Positions 44,081 through 58,024 of a DNA stretch of 64,000 nucleotides are shown here, one piece after another. Under the pieces are notes generated by a model. It had not been told where the DNA came from, searched no databases, and saw nothing but the letters and a program-made list of their open reading frames with translations. Source of the DNA: Octopus vulgaris (lineage: Eukaryota); contig OX597820.1 of assembly GCA_951406725.2 (NCBI GenBank), positions 116,312,001 through 116,376,000 of the forward strand. Reading direction: 5' to 3'. Each line of letters begins with the position of its first letter. Position 1 is the first letter of the stretch. A program made the translations under genes and the position numbers.

Positions 44081-44216
44081 GCCTTTGCACAGCTTCTAAC
44101 GCTGAAGATGTAATACGGTGCCAGCTGTTTACTGCCAGTGAACTAAGGTAACACCCCTTATTTTTCGAGCATCACCCGGAGTATTCGAGTGGTTCCAAGC
44201 AGTGCTCGAAACAGCA
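44081..44216 (-). mobile_element. R4/Dong-like LINE extreme 3' end
   Basis: ALLGTTRILR-type C-terminus; 3' end abuts (CAA)/(TAA)n; twin at 46750. Confidence 0.7.
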
Positions 44217-44631
44217 AGCGGTATTCCTACCAAGGTCATCTTTAACACTTTAGCTATTTCTTCTCTTTACTTTAAATTGTCGACAATTTCTTATCAACAA
44301 AGTCAGTTATTCTCTTATAATCGGGTATACCCATCTACTCTAATCTTTCTCACTGGTGACTCTACGTAGCACAGAAGAAACTAAAACAAAAAGAAAGAAA
44401 TATGAAACTGTACACAGAAAATAAGTATAACTAGGGAAATCAGTTTAAGAACAGGATTTCTTTTCTAACGTAGTAATGAAAGAATCCTAAAATGAAATAA
44501 TACAAGCAAAGCCTTCTGTTCATAATTGATGCATAATCATTTCTTTGTCATAGGTTAAATTTTCAGGTCACCCCATCCCCACACACAACATATGTGTTGT
44601 ATGTGTGTATACCGGTATATAGATGTGTGCG

Positions 44632-44668
<37 letters not shown>

Positions 44669-44707
44669 TGAGTATTGATATATATGTAGGTATGTGTGTG
44701 TGCGTGA

Positions 44708-44761
<54 letters not shown>

Positions 44762-46221
44762 GGGAAGAGAAAGAGGGAGAGAAAGAGGGGGCTTGAAAAA
44801 ATATTTTAAATGATATAATGTATTTTCTGCCAATATCTGCTACTTCAACCATTGCTGCACGTCTTACTCCGACTAACGCTCATTTTAATCCTGCCTCTCT
44901 CATTCTTTATCTGTGAGTTATTCCAATCAAACATGACAGATAAGCTTGTCATCCTTCCACTCACTTTCATTTTACTGCTTCTAGTATCACTCACTGAGTC
45001 TTTTTGCCCATTTATATTACTCCTTCTCATCCATTTCATTCCTTCTCTTTCGTTCCCACTCCCTCTGTCTCTGTCTGTCTGTCTGTCTGTCCGTCCGTCT
45101 GTCTGTCTGTCTGTCTGTCTGTCTTTCTGTCTGTCTGCACAAAATAACTTCCGAAGTCGAGCTACATATCTCTTACGTTTGAGCGACCGCGTTACCGATT
45201 ACACCAAAGTACTTCAGAATAGAAGTTAACACTTAGAAATATCTTATTGAGCAATCCTCTATAATATTTTACAATATAAACTTACAATTACATCGTAGCA
45301 ATTCAACATTTTCTTTCTGAGGTCGTGTCAGTGAAGCATAGAAGAATTTTAGTGTGGTACTGAACTATGTTAAACAACGTTGGACGGATTTGTTTACTGA
45401 TTGGTTAAAATTCTTACGATCCCCGGGTTTGATCAGTCAAACCAAACAATGAAAACAGCAAGTTGTTCTAATTTTATGGACTATGTAATTCAGAAGCGAT
45501 CTGGTGTAATAAGGAACGTGATCGTCCTGAACGATAGATATGTGGTTCGATACCTATAGATGTTTCTATACACTTTTCACTTTCGTCGCCCTTGGTATAG
45601 GTTGAAGATTATATATACAAATGTGTCTGTGTGTGTATGTATAAATAATGAACAATTATACATATAACTACATATATCATTTAACACACAGGATTTAAAT
45701 GCGAGCAACAATAAGTTTCATGCATATGATAGTACAGTAGTCTGACAAGATTGTATAGTGTGCCGTGTGCTATCAGATGAATGAACCTTATGAGTTTTCT
45801 CGCTGAATGCACCAATAATGAAACGAAACAGTCCACAATACATACATACATTTTATGTAACTACGTTTATATATAACTAGATGTAAATATATAAATATAT
45901 AAATATGTATATATATATATAATTATATATATAAAATATTTTTTAATTAAATGTATATTAATATGTACGTATATATATATATACACATACATAACTGTAT
46001 AGATATGCAAATGTATATACAGATGTATGTATAGTTAATATATATATATATATATATATACGTATATATATATGTGTATATATAAATATATACAGATTTG
46101 TGTATATGCAATTACAATCTCAAAATGTGCCATCAGATCCAATTGTTTGAAACAAAAAGTAATAAAAAAAATCAAAATTTTGTGTAAAATAGAGGTGACG
46201 ATCGATAAAATATGGGATATA

Positions 46222-46281
<60 letters not shown>

Positions 46282-46749
46282 CGTTATTATTATTATTATC
46301 ATCATCAGTTTTATACGATATTTTTAATGCCACACTATATTTAACCTTTGTGGTTTCTAAGATGTGTGTTGTGTGCTGGTATTATTTTGTTATGTCTAAA
46401 TTGCTTTTGTTTTTTATAACTCATTCCTGGTGTTGCTTCAGTATTTCGTTTGTTACACAGTGTTGTTAGCTGCAAAGTTTTGGCTGATGATATTGGATGG
46501 CGATCGTTGCGTGTCGCGCTGATTGAGATGTCTTCGTATAGGGCGATGATCTTTTTTTTTCCAGAAAATTTTTCGTGTGTGTTACAACGAATCGAAAGTG
46601 TATCGAATTTGGGTTGGTTACCTATCAAGGCTATTCTACGCAATTCCTCACACGACTTTTAAATTTTGTTCACATACCCAGTGCATCATTTATTAGTCGT
46701 TGCTGATACTGTTGTTGTTGTTGTTATTATTATTGTTGTTGTTGTTGTT

Positions 46750-46912
46750 GCCTTTGGACAGCTTCTAACGCTGAAGATGTAATACGGTGCCAGCTGTTCA
46801 CTACCAGTGAACTAAGGTAACACCCCTTATTTTTCGAGCATCAACCGGAGTATTCGAGTGGTTCCAAGCAGTGCTGTTTTCTGCAAGTGCTCCACCCTTA
46901 CTGCAGCCCCTA
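46750..46912 (-). mobile_element. R4/Dong-like LINE extreme 3' end
   Basis: LQKTALLGTTRILRLMLEK*; embedded in (CAA)/(TAA)n. Confidence 0.75.
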
Positions 46913-46934
46913 TTTGTTGTTGTTGTTGTTGTTG

Positions 46935-46981
<47 letters not shown>

Positions 46982-46997
46982 GTTGTTGTTGTTGTTG

Positions 46998-47067
<70 letters not shown>

Positions 47068-47068
47068 A

Positions 47069-47110
<42 letters not shown>

Positions 47111-47163
47111 CATCATCATCATCATCATTATTATATCATCATCATCATCATTATTATTATTAC

Positions 47164-47209
<46 letters not shown>

Positions 47210-47620
47210 GTTATTATTATTATGCCCAAAAATATGTTGAAAGATTTTATCAATCAACCATTTAACAAACCTACCCAAATTCAATCAAACTAACCAATCA
47301 TTTTTTTTTTGTTTTAAATTTAAATAATTATTTTGAAAATATGAAATAAAACAAGAAAAAAGTTAAATGAAGTGAGAATTCAATAATATTTTAAACATTG
47401 AATCTTTGTATCTACACCGGTAAATATATATCATCACATAATCGACCGTTCCTTGTTTCGATGTGGAACGGAGGAGACTTTTGGGGGAAAAAATTCAAAT
47501 GTGAAAACATTCTGTGAAAGTGTTACATCAAAATTTGTATATTCTGGGAAAACTCAGTATTATGTGTTCTTTAACTTCAGAATTCCACTGTCTTTTGTGT
47601 TGCTATTATTAATTTTTTCG

Positions 47621-47775
47621 TTATGCTGTGTTTTGGGCATTTGTGCCCTCGAAAGGAACCACTCTGTTGCTCCTGTCTTTCAAATATTTCGCCAATGCCA
47701 CACCAACAATTGCAAGAATAATGACGCCAATCACGCTGCCAACGATGGCCCCAACCAAAGAAGTGGAGGCGGAGG
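47621..47775 (-). CDS. Terminal coding exon of a single-pass membrane protein
   Basis: Acceptor TTTTCTTTTCAG, phase 1. Reads SASTSLVGAIVGSVIGVIILAIVGVALAKYLKDRSNRVVPFEGTNAQNTA*: a ~22-residue hydrophobic helix followed by basic residues. GC-richer than its flanks. Confidence 0.78.
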
Positions 47776-47817
47776 CTGAAAAGAAAAACAGATACATCAA
47801 TTAAAAACCGATACAAT

Positions 47818-48302
47818 CTTTTCTACTAAAGGCACAAGGCCAATAATTTCGGTGAAGGGGCGAGCTGGCAGAAACGTTAGCACGCCGGGCGAAATGCGTG
47901 GCCGTTTTTCGTCTGCCGTTACGTTCTGAGTTCAAATTCCGCCGAGGTCGACTTTGCCTTTCATCCTTTCGGGGTCGATAAATTAAGTACCAGTTGCGCA
48001 CTGGGGTCGATGTAATCGACTTAATCCCTTTGTCTGTCCTTGTTTGTCCTCTCTGTGGGTAGTTTGTCTGTCCTTGTTTGTCCTCCCTTGTGGGTAGTAA
48101 AAAAATAAATAAAATTTCGGTGAAGGGGGCAAGACAGTTACATCGAACCCTAATGTTCAACCGTGACTTTATTCATCAAACTCCGAAAGGAAGAAAGGCA
48201 AAGCCGACCTCGAAGGCGTTTGAACTCAGAATATAAATAGCCGGATGAAATGCCGCTAAGCATTTTTCTGGCACAGTAAAGAGAATGCCAGCTCACCACC
48301 TT
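47818..48302. mobile_element. Family A SINE (+) nested in an older family A SINE (-)
   Basis: TSD AATTTCGGTGAAGGGG at 47845-47860 and 48113-48128. Confidence 0.88.
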
Positions 48303-48715
48303 AATTAAAAAAACCCATTATATTTAATGCTAATCATTATTGGTTGTCGCTATTGTTGATTAGAAGCTTTCCTACAGGGACCAACCGTTTTTATTTATCT
48401 ACTTATGACTGTCACTGGCCAATATTTCCTTATTTTAAGACTTTAGTGCAGAGATTAGAATATTGCTCCCAGCTGGTCAAGCTACTGGACAACATTACTG
48501 ACATTATCATCACCATCATCATGGCTATTATTGTCATCAGTTGCCACAACAGCAACACGACTTCTTGGTGCTGCCCTCTTCTGTTTTTTCTTTCTATCTT
48601 ATCAAAATTCTCGATAAGTTGATGTAAACGCTTCAGTTATATTAATCCTTGCAAAGTACACACACACACACATTATATTTATATGTGTATGTTAAATATA
48701 TATATATATATATAC

Positions 48716-48774
<59 letters not shown>

Positions 48775-48786
<12 letters not shown>

Positions 48787-48995
48787 TTGCGTGTCTGTGT
48801 TTGTCCCCCTAGCATTGCTTGACAACCGATGCTGGTGTGTTTACGTCCCCGTCACTTAGCGGTTCGGCAAAAGAGACCGATAGAATATGTACTGGGCTTA
48901 CAAAGAATAAGTCCCGGGGTCGATTTGCTCGACTAAAGGCGGTGCTCCGGCATAGCCGCAGTCAAATGACTGAAACAAGTAAAAGAGTAAAAGAG
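48775..48995 (+). mobile_element. SINE family B, 3' half
   Basis: Matches 885-1095. Confidence 0.88.
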
Positions 48996-49028
48996 AGAGA
49001 GAATATTATATATATATATAGCTGATAC

Positions 49029-49137
<109 letters not shown>

Positions 49138-49616
49138 CAAGAAAGTTAGAGGTTGTGAATCCAACCAACTAAGGGATAATATCTATCCAATATACTGCTG
49201 GTAGAATACCCAATTATTAATACACAAGTATATTCTTTATTGCATTGCAATTACATTACCGAGTGTACTAAAGGGTGTAGATAAAGAGATATTTTACCAT
49301 TAATTTATAGAGCCTTAAGAAAATGGAGGAGATCAATAGGTGGTTCATCAACCTTTAGACATTATATTATGTCAACTTATTTATTTACTTACTTACCAAA
49401 ATGGCAATTACAAGAATATACATACATGTATAACATTATGCTTTACATATAAAATATATTAATATATAAAGATACCAGTAATTATTAAAATATAACATAC
49501 AGGAATATAAATTGGGAAAATATCTTACAGCTGTTTCAGCCAGGAAGCAAAAATACCTCATTCTACTTCAATTTTCTGATTGTTATATATATACATATAC
49601 GGATGATATATGTATT

Positions 49617-49830
49617 CTTTTATTCTTTTAATGGTTTCAGTCATTTGACTGCGGCCATGCTGGAGCACCGCCTTTAGTCGAACGAATCGACCCCAGGAAT
49701 TATTCTTTGTAAGTCTATTATTGTATCAATCTCTTTTGCCGAACCGCTAGCGTTACGGGGATGTTAACACACCAACGTCGGTTGCCAAGCGATGGTGGAG
49801 GGACAAGCACAAAACACAAACACATACATA
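49617..49830 (-). mobile_element. SINE family B, 3' half
   Basis: Reverse complement of the copy at 48775. Confidence 0.86.
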
Positions 49831-50281
49831 TATATCATTATATGATATATATTATATATAGGTTTAATATTACTTATATAATATAAATAAATTATATGAT
49901 ATATATGTACACCCACACCCACACCCACATACACATACACCAACATATGTGTATGCAAACCTGTGTATTTGACATACAAACGTGTCGCATTTTGTGTACA
50001 TTGACAAAAATGATGAACAACTATTTCATCTGAGGTGACTCCATCATTTGACCACTTCAAGGTGGACAACCAGTCAATCCGTTTACACACCCTTCAAATC
50101 TAGGACCATTACAGAATTGGAGTGTTTTGCTCAAGAACACAACGCGTCGCCCGGTCCAGGAATCGAAACCGCAATCTTACGATCATGATACTGACACCCT
50201 AACCACGAAGCCATGCGCCTCCACTTATATATACATAGACATATATATATATATACATATATATACATATACATATATATA

Positions 50282-50319
<38 letters not shown>

Positions 50320-50397
50320 CTTATATATATACATATATATATATATACAACTATATATATATACCTATATATATATACATATATATACATATACATG

Positions 50398-50454
<57 letters not shown>

Positions 50455-50699
50455 TATATACATATATGTATGTATGTATGTATCATTTGACTGGATACGT
50501 TTTGTGAGCACTTGTGTCTTGAAGGAGGGGTTCGAACCAGATATTTTTCTCCTTTATTTTCTTTCTTTATGAATACTAGATTCTAAGTCAATGGTAACAA
50601 CGAGTAAGTTGACTGATTTTAGCTATGTTTCTACTGTAACAGAGAGGCTTAAGTTTTAGAAACACAGCTAAAATCAGTCACCTTTCTAGATGCTATAAA

Positions 50700-51125
50700 A
50701 TAAGATCCACTTTATACACAATCAATTTAACCCTCCCAACAGTGTAATTCTAAGCCGAGTATCATATCTCTAAAACTTGCTTTTTCATCTCCCAATGCAT
50801 GCTCCATGAAATAACAATTCTACATAATTGCATTATATAGAAGTTCTGAATAAGAGTGTTTATAATAACAAGGTAGAATATATATAAACAACACGCCTAC
50901 AGTAAACAAAAAAAAGCGTAAAAATAGAAAAAGGAAATATATCTAGTTCAATCCCCCTTCAACATACAAGTTTCTACATTAATGGGCAAATTAATTTTCA
51001 GCGTACTCCAAAATCATTTCCACCCTAACTACAAGTGTTACAAATTAATAAACAAACACAGCATAAAAATATATTCCACTACGAACAACTTCAAAAAAGG
51101 ACTAACCAATTACAACCACCTACAA
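50700..51125 (+). pseudogene. Penelope-like element RT-thumb/linker remnant
   Basis: RKRKYI*FNPPFNIQVSTLMGKLIFSVLQNHF..KLINKHSIKI resembles the Neptune-type IIWFNPP motif. Confidence 0.78.
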
Positions 51126-51127
51126 CT

Positions 51128-51645
<518 letters not shown>

Positions 51646-51819
51646 GTTAATATCGGACAGTGAGAATGAGTGTTCAACGCTGAATTGGAGAAATATTCTT
51701 TAAAAGAAGTATAGATATATATGTAAATTGTACATTTATTAGAATTTGAAAGTTTAATTCATCGAATAAAAGGGTCTACGCTCTCACCCACTCTTCACTG
51801 CTTGTGATTTTGCTATGAT

Positions 51820-52163
51820 CCAGGTGGATGCAATGAAGAAATTGTGCAGTGAATTCATACGAAGGTGGTTGAGTATTCCGCCAAGCTGTAGAGCAAATTT
51901 TTTAGGCTACATTTCTCAATTCCATCAGTGGTGGAACAAGTCAAAACTAAAAGAAGAGTTGTCAGCAGTACATTGGAATCATCTGATAATGAGTCAGACA
52001 CGCCAACAAGGCCATAAAAGAGCTGCAGGAAGTGGAAGCCCCAGGAAATTGTGGAGGAAGCGGAGATATACAGGGAGCACCAAGAGATTGTTGGAGTTGT
52101 CTGTCAAATATGGCTTAGACAGACGGAGAAATGATAACGTCAAGGGAGGGAAGGAGAGAGAGG

Positions 52164-52207
<44 letters not shown>

Positions 52208-52400
52208 GGAAAGAGCTCACGGTACAGAGGACCCGAAAAACCGAATAAAGTAGAGAATCAGGCACTCGAGCGAATAATGTCCAGGAGAGAACTCTAGAGA
52301 ACTGATATGAGAAAATTGGTCTTTGCTCTTGTGTGCTGACACTGACCTCTTGCTAACACAGATAACCTCAAACTTAGGAGCATGAAAGTAGACCCATCCT
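51820..52400 (+). mobile_element. HERO-like RLE LINE remnant
   Basis: FIRRWLSIPPS, then frameshifted SVVEQVK..RKWKPQEIVEEAE..HQEIVGVV, resembling the HERO post-RT region. Confidence 0.65.
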
Positions 52401-52537
52401 GTTCGTGGGTATGTAAGGGTCACTGGCAAATATGTTGTAGGTGCAACGAGATTATCTTCTAAGTGTGTTTTAAGTAAAGAATTCAGAGAAATAGAAATAG
52501 AAAAAAAACGTTTTAAAATTTTATGCCTGTGTGTGGA

Positions 52538-52919
52538 AGCACTCCGTCGGTTACGACGATGAGGGTTCCAGTTGATCCGAATCAACGGAACAGCCTGCTC
52601 GTGAAATTAACGCGTAAGTGGCTGAACACTCCACAGACACGTGCACCCTTAACGTAGTTCTCGGGGATATTCAGCGTGACACAGAGAGTGACAAGGCCGG
52701 CCCTTTGAAATACAGGTACAACAGAAACAGGAAGTAAGAGTGAGAGAAAGTTGTGGTGAAAGAGTACAGCAGGGATCACCACCATCCCCTGCCGGAGCCT
52801 CGTGGAGCTTTTAGGTGTTTTCGCTCAATAAACACTCACAATGCCCGGTCTGGGAATCGAAACCGCGATCCTATGACCGCGAGTCCGCTGCCCTAACCAT
52901 TGGGCCATTGCACCTCCAC
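52538..52919 (-). mobile_element. SINE family C, full length
   Basis: Reverse complement of 21299-21678. Confidence 0.92.
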
Positions 52920-53615
52920 TTATGCCTGTAAATCAGTTTGAAAATACGATTGGAACGATTTTTGACAGTTGCCGGTTAGTGCCTGGGATAGGGACAGTGT
53001 AGGTGTTCATTTTTCTTTTTCTTAGTAGCATGCGATGTGAGAAGCGATTTTATTTCAAAAGAGATAAAATTGTGCTCTTTAAAAAAAAGCTAGTAGAATT
53101 TATGTGAGCATGGGTAATGATGTCTACTGGTGAATAAAATGCTTGTTCTTATGGTCGTCAACGCATGTAGGTTTAATAGAGAATTGAACGCTGTTTAATT
53201 CTCCTTCTGCTTAACTCTTCCCGGAGAAGGAGAAAGAGGACACTCTTCGCACATTAGCTTCTTAAAGTCAGGATTCGATAACGGCTCTTTGCCACGAGGC
53301 GCAGTTCTATCGAAGATATTTCTATTATAGGTTCTATTAGAGCATCTTCGACCAAATCCAGCTCCGAAGATTGTAAGTTTACTAGGAATGGCTGCGATAA
53401 TTATGAATGTAAAAGGTTTCCTGACAGCGCTGATATTCCAGTGCCCTTAATTATAATTATATTTTTATTACTATATATTTTAAAATATTTATACATATAT
53501 ATTATATACACACATAGATACATACACACTCACACAGACACATACACACGAGGCTTTCTTCCAAGGAATCTAATGCGCTTGGCTTAGATTTCCCTTGGGG
53601 GCTGCCCAGATCGGA

Positions 53616-53681
53616 GCAATCTCAAGATTAATCAGCCGAAATTGCGAAGATGATCCGGTTCTTGACTGATGATTGAGGGCT
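53616..53681 (+). ncRNA. Hammerhead-like motif, non-circularly permuted order (best copy)
   Basis: gcaa-UC-ucaaga-uuaauc-agcc-GAAA-uugc-14nt-ucuuga-CUGAUGA-uugag-ggcu. Confidence 0.55.
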
Positions 53682-53758
53682 TCGAATGTCCCGTCCGTGT
53701 TTTTCGTGTCGTCTTCTAAATGTTTCACGTTCTTGTCCCAGTTTGTATATTTTTTTAC

Positions 53759-53932
<174 letters not shown>

Positions 53933-54194
53933 GTATATATATAAATACATATATATACATATATAATACACACACACGCACATATATAGTGGAGTAAAAC
54001 AGGAATTAAATAAATCCAGTTGAATACCTCGGTAAGCACTCTGTGGAAATATAACCCGGCTAACTAAATGGATCAGTCAGCAGTTCTGAAATGATTATAC
54101 GTTGTTATTCCTTTCTTGCGGCAGATACAATTTGTAAATCCAATCCGAAGTCGGTCACCATTTAATTTCTGTGTATTAATCATAGAGTATTCGT

Positions 54195-54370
54195 TTATTT
54201 GTTTCAGTCATTTGACTACGGCCATGCTGGAGCATCGCCTTTAGTCGAGCAAATCGACCGCAGGACTTATTCTTTGCAAACCTAGTACTTATTCTACCGG
54301 TCGTCTCATTTGCCGAATCGCTGAGTTATGGAGACATAAACACACCAACATCGGTTGTCAAGCGATGGTT
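54195..54370 (-). mobile_element. SINE family B, 3' part
   Basis: Reverse complement of the family B tail. Confidence 0.85.
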
Positions 54371-55689
54371 AGAGGACAAGTAAAAGAGCAAAAGAGTAAA
54401 AGAGTCGTGCGCACACACGCATGAAGAGACAGACAGACAGACAGATCTGCAACCTCCGCTCTGTCTTCGTTTCCCATATCAACGAGTTGTTTCTTTTCAT
54501 CCAACAAGAGCCACCGTTCGTAAACAATAACTGTATAGCACCCAAAAATCTTCGACTACTGAAGTCCCTGACCCTAGTGAATTGTCTCTTGAGCAAGTAG
54601 AGAATGTGGGAGGCGGTGTTTGGACAGAGAACGATAAAAATTTCTCGATTTCAAACCGAGTAAAATTTTAGGTTCTTTTAGTTCTCAATACTGTCAAAGA
54701 ATTTGATGACGACGACGCTGCCGTTCCACCAGATTAATCCAGTCCAAGACCAAAATTAATGGCAACGAAAATAGCATTGCTTTTCGCTTTTTCACTTTTA
54801 AAGGAGATTGATTAGCCTACATTTAGAGTTGAGAAAGAAATTTAATTTGTGATGCTCGACTGTGTGCAGAGACGAAGGTGTGGAAATTTCGAAAATAAGA
54901 ACGACCATTCTATGCATAGATTTAAGAAGAATCAAATAAGAATCTTCAACGAATTTAGCTTAAACCCGACTATCATCAACAATCTGCTACGATCAACTCC
55001 TTGGATATTATGTTAAGCTTCAAGTCAGACCATAGTTACCTCAACAAAAATCCTAATGAGTGACCAGAAATCATACGGGGTAAATGCAATCTTGAAAACT
55101 TTGAGGACAAATTTTATGCGCTGGCCACTGATATAATCATGTCGATCGTTATATCCTCAATTTATAAGTATAAATAATTTTGGGTTCTCTAGTCATTACA
55201 TCATGCTGCGGGACTGTATTTATCCCATATGATTTCTAACATTAACAACATGGCCGAGATAGGCGATGAGATGTAATGTATACGCGGGAAATGCATGTAT
55301 ATATTGGTATCTGTACGCAAACATTTATCGGTATGTAAATATAGTTTTCGTTTATATATTGTCAGTTTATCTCTACTGAGGAGTGCAAAGTAATGTTCAT
55401 TACAGAGCAGGAAATCTTAAGATATAAGATTATCCGAAATTTGTAAATTTTTCTTGCTCATTTCCTTGCATACGACCTTGGGTTATAAATAGAGAAGAAA
55501 TTTAGAGTGGATTGTAGGCATTTGACATCTACTTCTAGCGTACAACCGCTGACATTCCACTGCCCTTAATTATAATTATATTTTCATAACTATATACTTA
55601 AAAATTAATTTTACCGACATGGTCGTTTTTTGTATGCTAGCCATTAATATACTCATCTTAATCCTCAATTTATATAAATATAAATACAT

Positions 55690-55749
55690 TCAAGATTAAT
55701 CAGCCGAAATTGCGAGGATGATTCGGTTCTTGACTGAAAATTAGAGGCT
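55690..55749 (+). ncRNA. Permuted hammerhead-like motif; element begins at the predicted cleavage site
   Basis: ucaaga-uuaauc-agcc-GAAA-uugc..ucuuga-CUGAAAA-uuaga-ggcu. Confidence 0.42.
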
Positions 55750-55819
55750 TCGAATGACCCGTCCGTTTTTTATATCGTCTATTTGAATGTTTTGCGTTCT
55801 TGTCCCATTTTGTATTTTT

Positions 55820-55993
55820 ATATATTATATATATATATGTATATATATGTATATATACATGTATAGATATGTATATATACATTTATATATATTTATATAT
55901 ATATGTATATATACATATATGTATATAAATATATATGTGTGTATATAAATATGTATATGTGTATATATATCTATATATATGTATATACATATA

Positions 55994-56036
<43 letters not shown>

Positions 56037-56225
56037 ATATATATATATTCATATATATATGTATATATATGAATACATATATGTATATATATACATATAT
56101 ATATATATATGTATATATATGCATATGTATATATATGTATATATATATGAATATATATGTATATACATATGTATATATATATATACATATATATACATAT
56201 ATATATGTATGTATATATCTATACA
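55820..56225. repeat. Degenerate (TA)n tract
   Basis: Direct reading. Confidence 0.95.
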
Positions 56226-56424
56226 TGTGTGTTTGTATGTAGATTAACTGACCCAGAGGCTTGTTCCTTACGTTTGATTCTTTATCAAACACTTATAGTC
56301 ATTGAATGACAATCAGTCGATGGAGACGAAGAGCTTCAAAGCCAAAGAAAGTTACGTTTGTCAGAGGCAGCTGGCGGTGTAAGGCATCCCGCGACTGACA
56401 AATTTCTTCATCGAATCAAGTTCC

Positions 56425-56473
<49 letters not shown>

Positions 56474-56584
56474 CATTCAATTTCATATACCGTACAGAAA
56501 TTAGTGAAACCATAGGAAAACTTTATGAAGCCATGTTACGATCAACACTATCAACAATTGTTTCAGAAGTCAGTAAGTCCATTC

Positions 56585-57130
56585 ACGCTGATGAGACCCA
56601 TATTGGAGTACGGGATTCAAGCCTCTTCTCCTTATCTCCTCAAAGACATACAGCATCTCGAAAGAGTCCAGAAGCTGGCTACCCGCATGGTTCTTGGTCT
56701 CAAGAATTTGTCTTGTGAAGAAAGGCTGAAGACGCTCGACCTTTATTCTCTAGAAAAACGACGACGCCGTGGTGATCTCATTCTTGCTCACAACATCATA
56801 AGCGGAAAGTGTAACCTCTCGAAAGAGCTGTTCTTCAGTCCTGCTCCAGAGCCTTCGGCTGCGGGGTCATTCCGAAAAGCTCTATCTGCGACGATTTCAT
56901 CTCAATCGAAGGAGAGGGGCTTTCTCCGTCCGGGTTGCGGATCCGTGGAATAAGCTGCCGGACGAGATGGTGAAGATGCCGACGACCGCTCGGTTCAAAG
57001 TCTCTCTTGACCAGAAATGGCCTGAACTCTTTGCATGAACACCACCCTGTACATAACTCCATGTCCCCCTACATGGCCATGCTTTTTTGCTTTTTGAGCC
57101 AAAAAATTAACTAACTAACTAACTAACTAA
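56585..57130 (+). mobile_element. CR1-clade LINE 3' fragment
   Basis: RPILEYG..LERVQKLATRMV..EERLKTLDLYSLEKRRRRGDLI; (TAAC)n tail. Confidence 0.92.
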
Positions 57131-57323
57131 TGCACCATGCCCACATTCAAGAGTTATAAATTTTGCAGTTAAATTGATTAAAGAATGGTCATATAAGACG
57201 TCTCTGCGGAAATCAAAAGAGGATGAATTTAAACGGGCAAATATTTGAGGTAAAACTCAACAGGTATCTACATACATTATTCTCTCTAAATATTGAAGTT
57301 ATTTCACAATAATTTCAGGGATA

Positions 57324-57716
57324 TCTTTATATATAAAAGTGAGGTTGTGCGCTGTCTGTCTCCTACGATTTAGATTCCTAACTATTCCCACATTTTGCGG
57401 TGCAGTTTAACCAAAACCGGGTATCTTATAGTCGTGATTCATATCGAGCCCTTCTGGGTATTAGCGCACGTCTACAATGAGTCTACGATTAAAAAAAAAA
57501 TTACCATAAATTTTCCCCATTTTTAATGTATTTTTGGCATATATAAGGGAAGTAACTCTCTAAAAATTTATTATTAAATCTCAGAACGTAAAAAGCTACA
57601 GTAACCCCCCCTTTGTGGTTAGCCATATTGAGATGGCTATTATACTTTACATCTCTAAAAATGCTTATATAGTTATTTCCCTTACAAACCCGAGCAACGC
57701 CGGGCGATACTGCTAG
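57324..57716 (+). mobile_element. Non-autonomous Helitron
   Basis: A|TC start, hairpin CCCGAGCAACGCCGGG, CTAG|T end. Confidence 0.88.
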
Positions 57717-57966
57717 TTTAATATATCTTATAGAAATCGGTAACATTTTTTTGTTAATGAAAATGTTTGAAGAAAGGTATAAAACGTACATATATGTGCT
57801 TCTTTTAGATATATAAATGGTATGTAGTATATCTATCCATGTTTATTACGGGTTTCAAAAAAAAAAACAAAAAAAAAACAGTGATAAATGATTCAGTGAT
57901 AAATGAATCATTTCCACATAATTTGTAAATGGAGCAAAATAGCAAATTCATTGACGCGAAACTCAC

Positions 57967-58024
57967 GGCCCACAGTGGTGAGACTCCCACCGTTGCGTAT
58001 TTTCTTGATCATTTGCACCTTTCC
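57967..58024 (-). CDS. Candidate upstream exon of the membrane-protein gene
   Basis: Donor GCC|GTGAGT and possible acceptor TTCTCAACAG. Reads GKVQMIKKIRNGGSLTTVG+1 nt, phase-compatible with 47775. Confidence 0.35.

Noticed and set aside
44852-45229. Hydrophobic 125-aa ORF
   Set aside because: TTG start, pyrimidine-rich composition, and runs through a (TGTC)n microsatellite.
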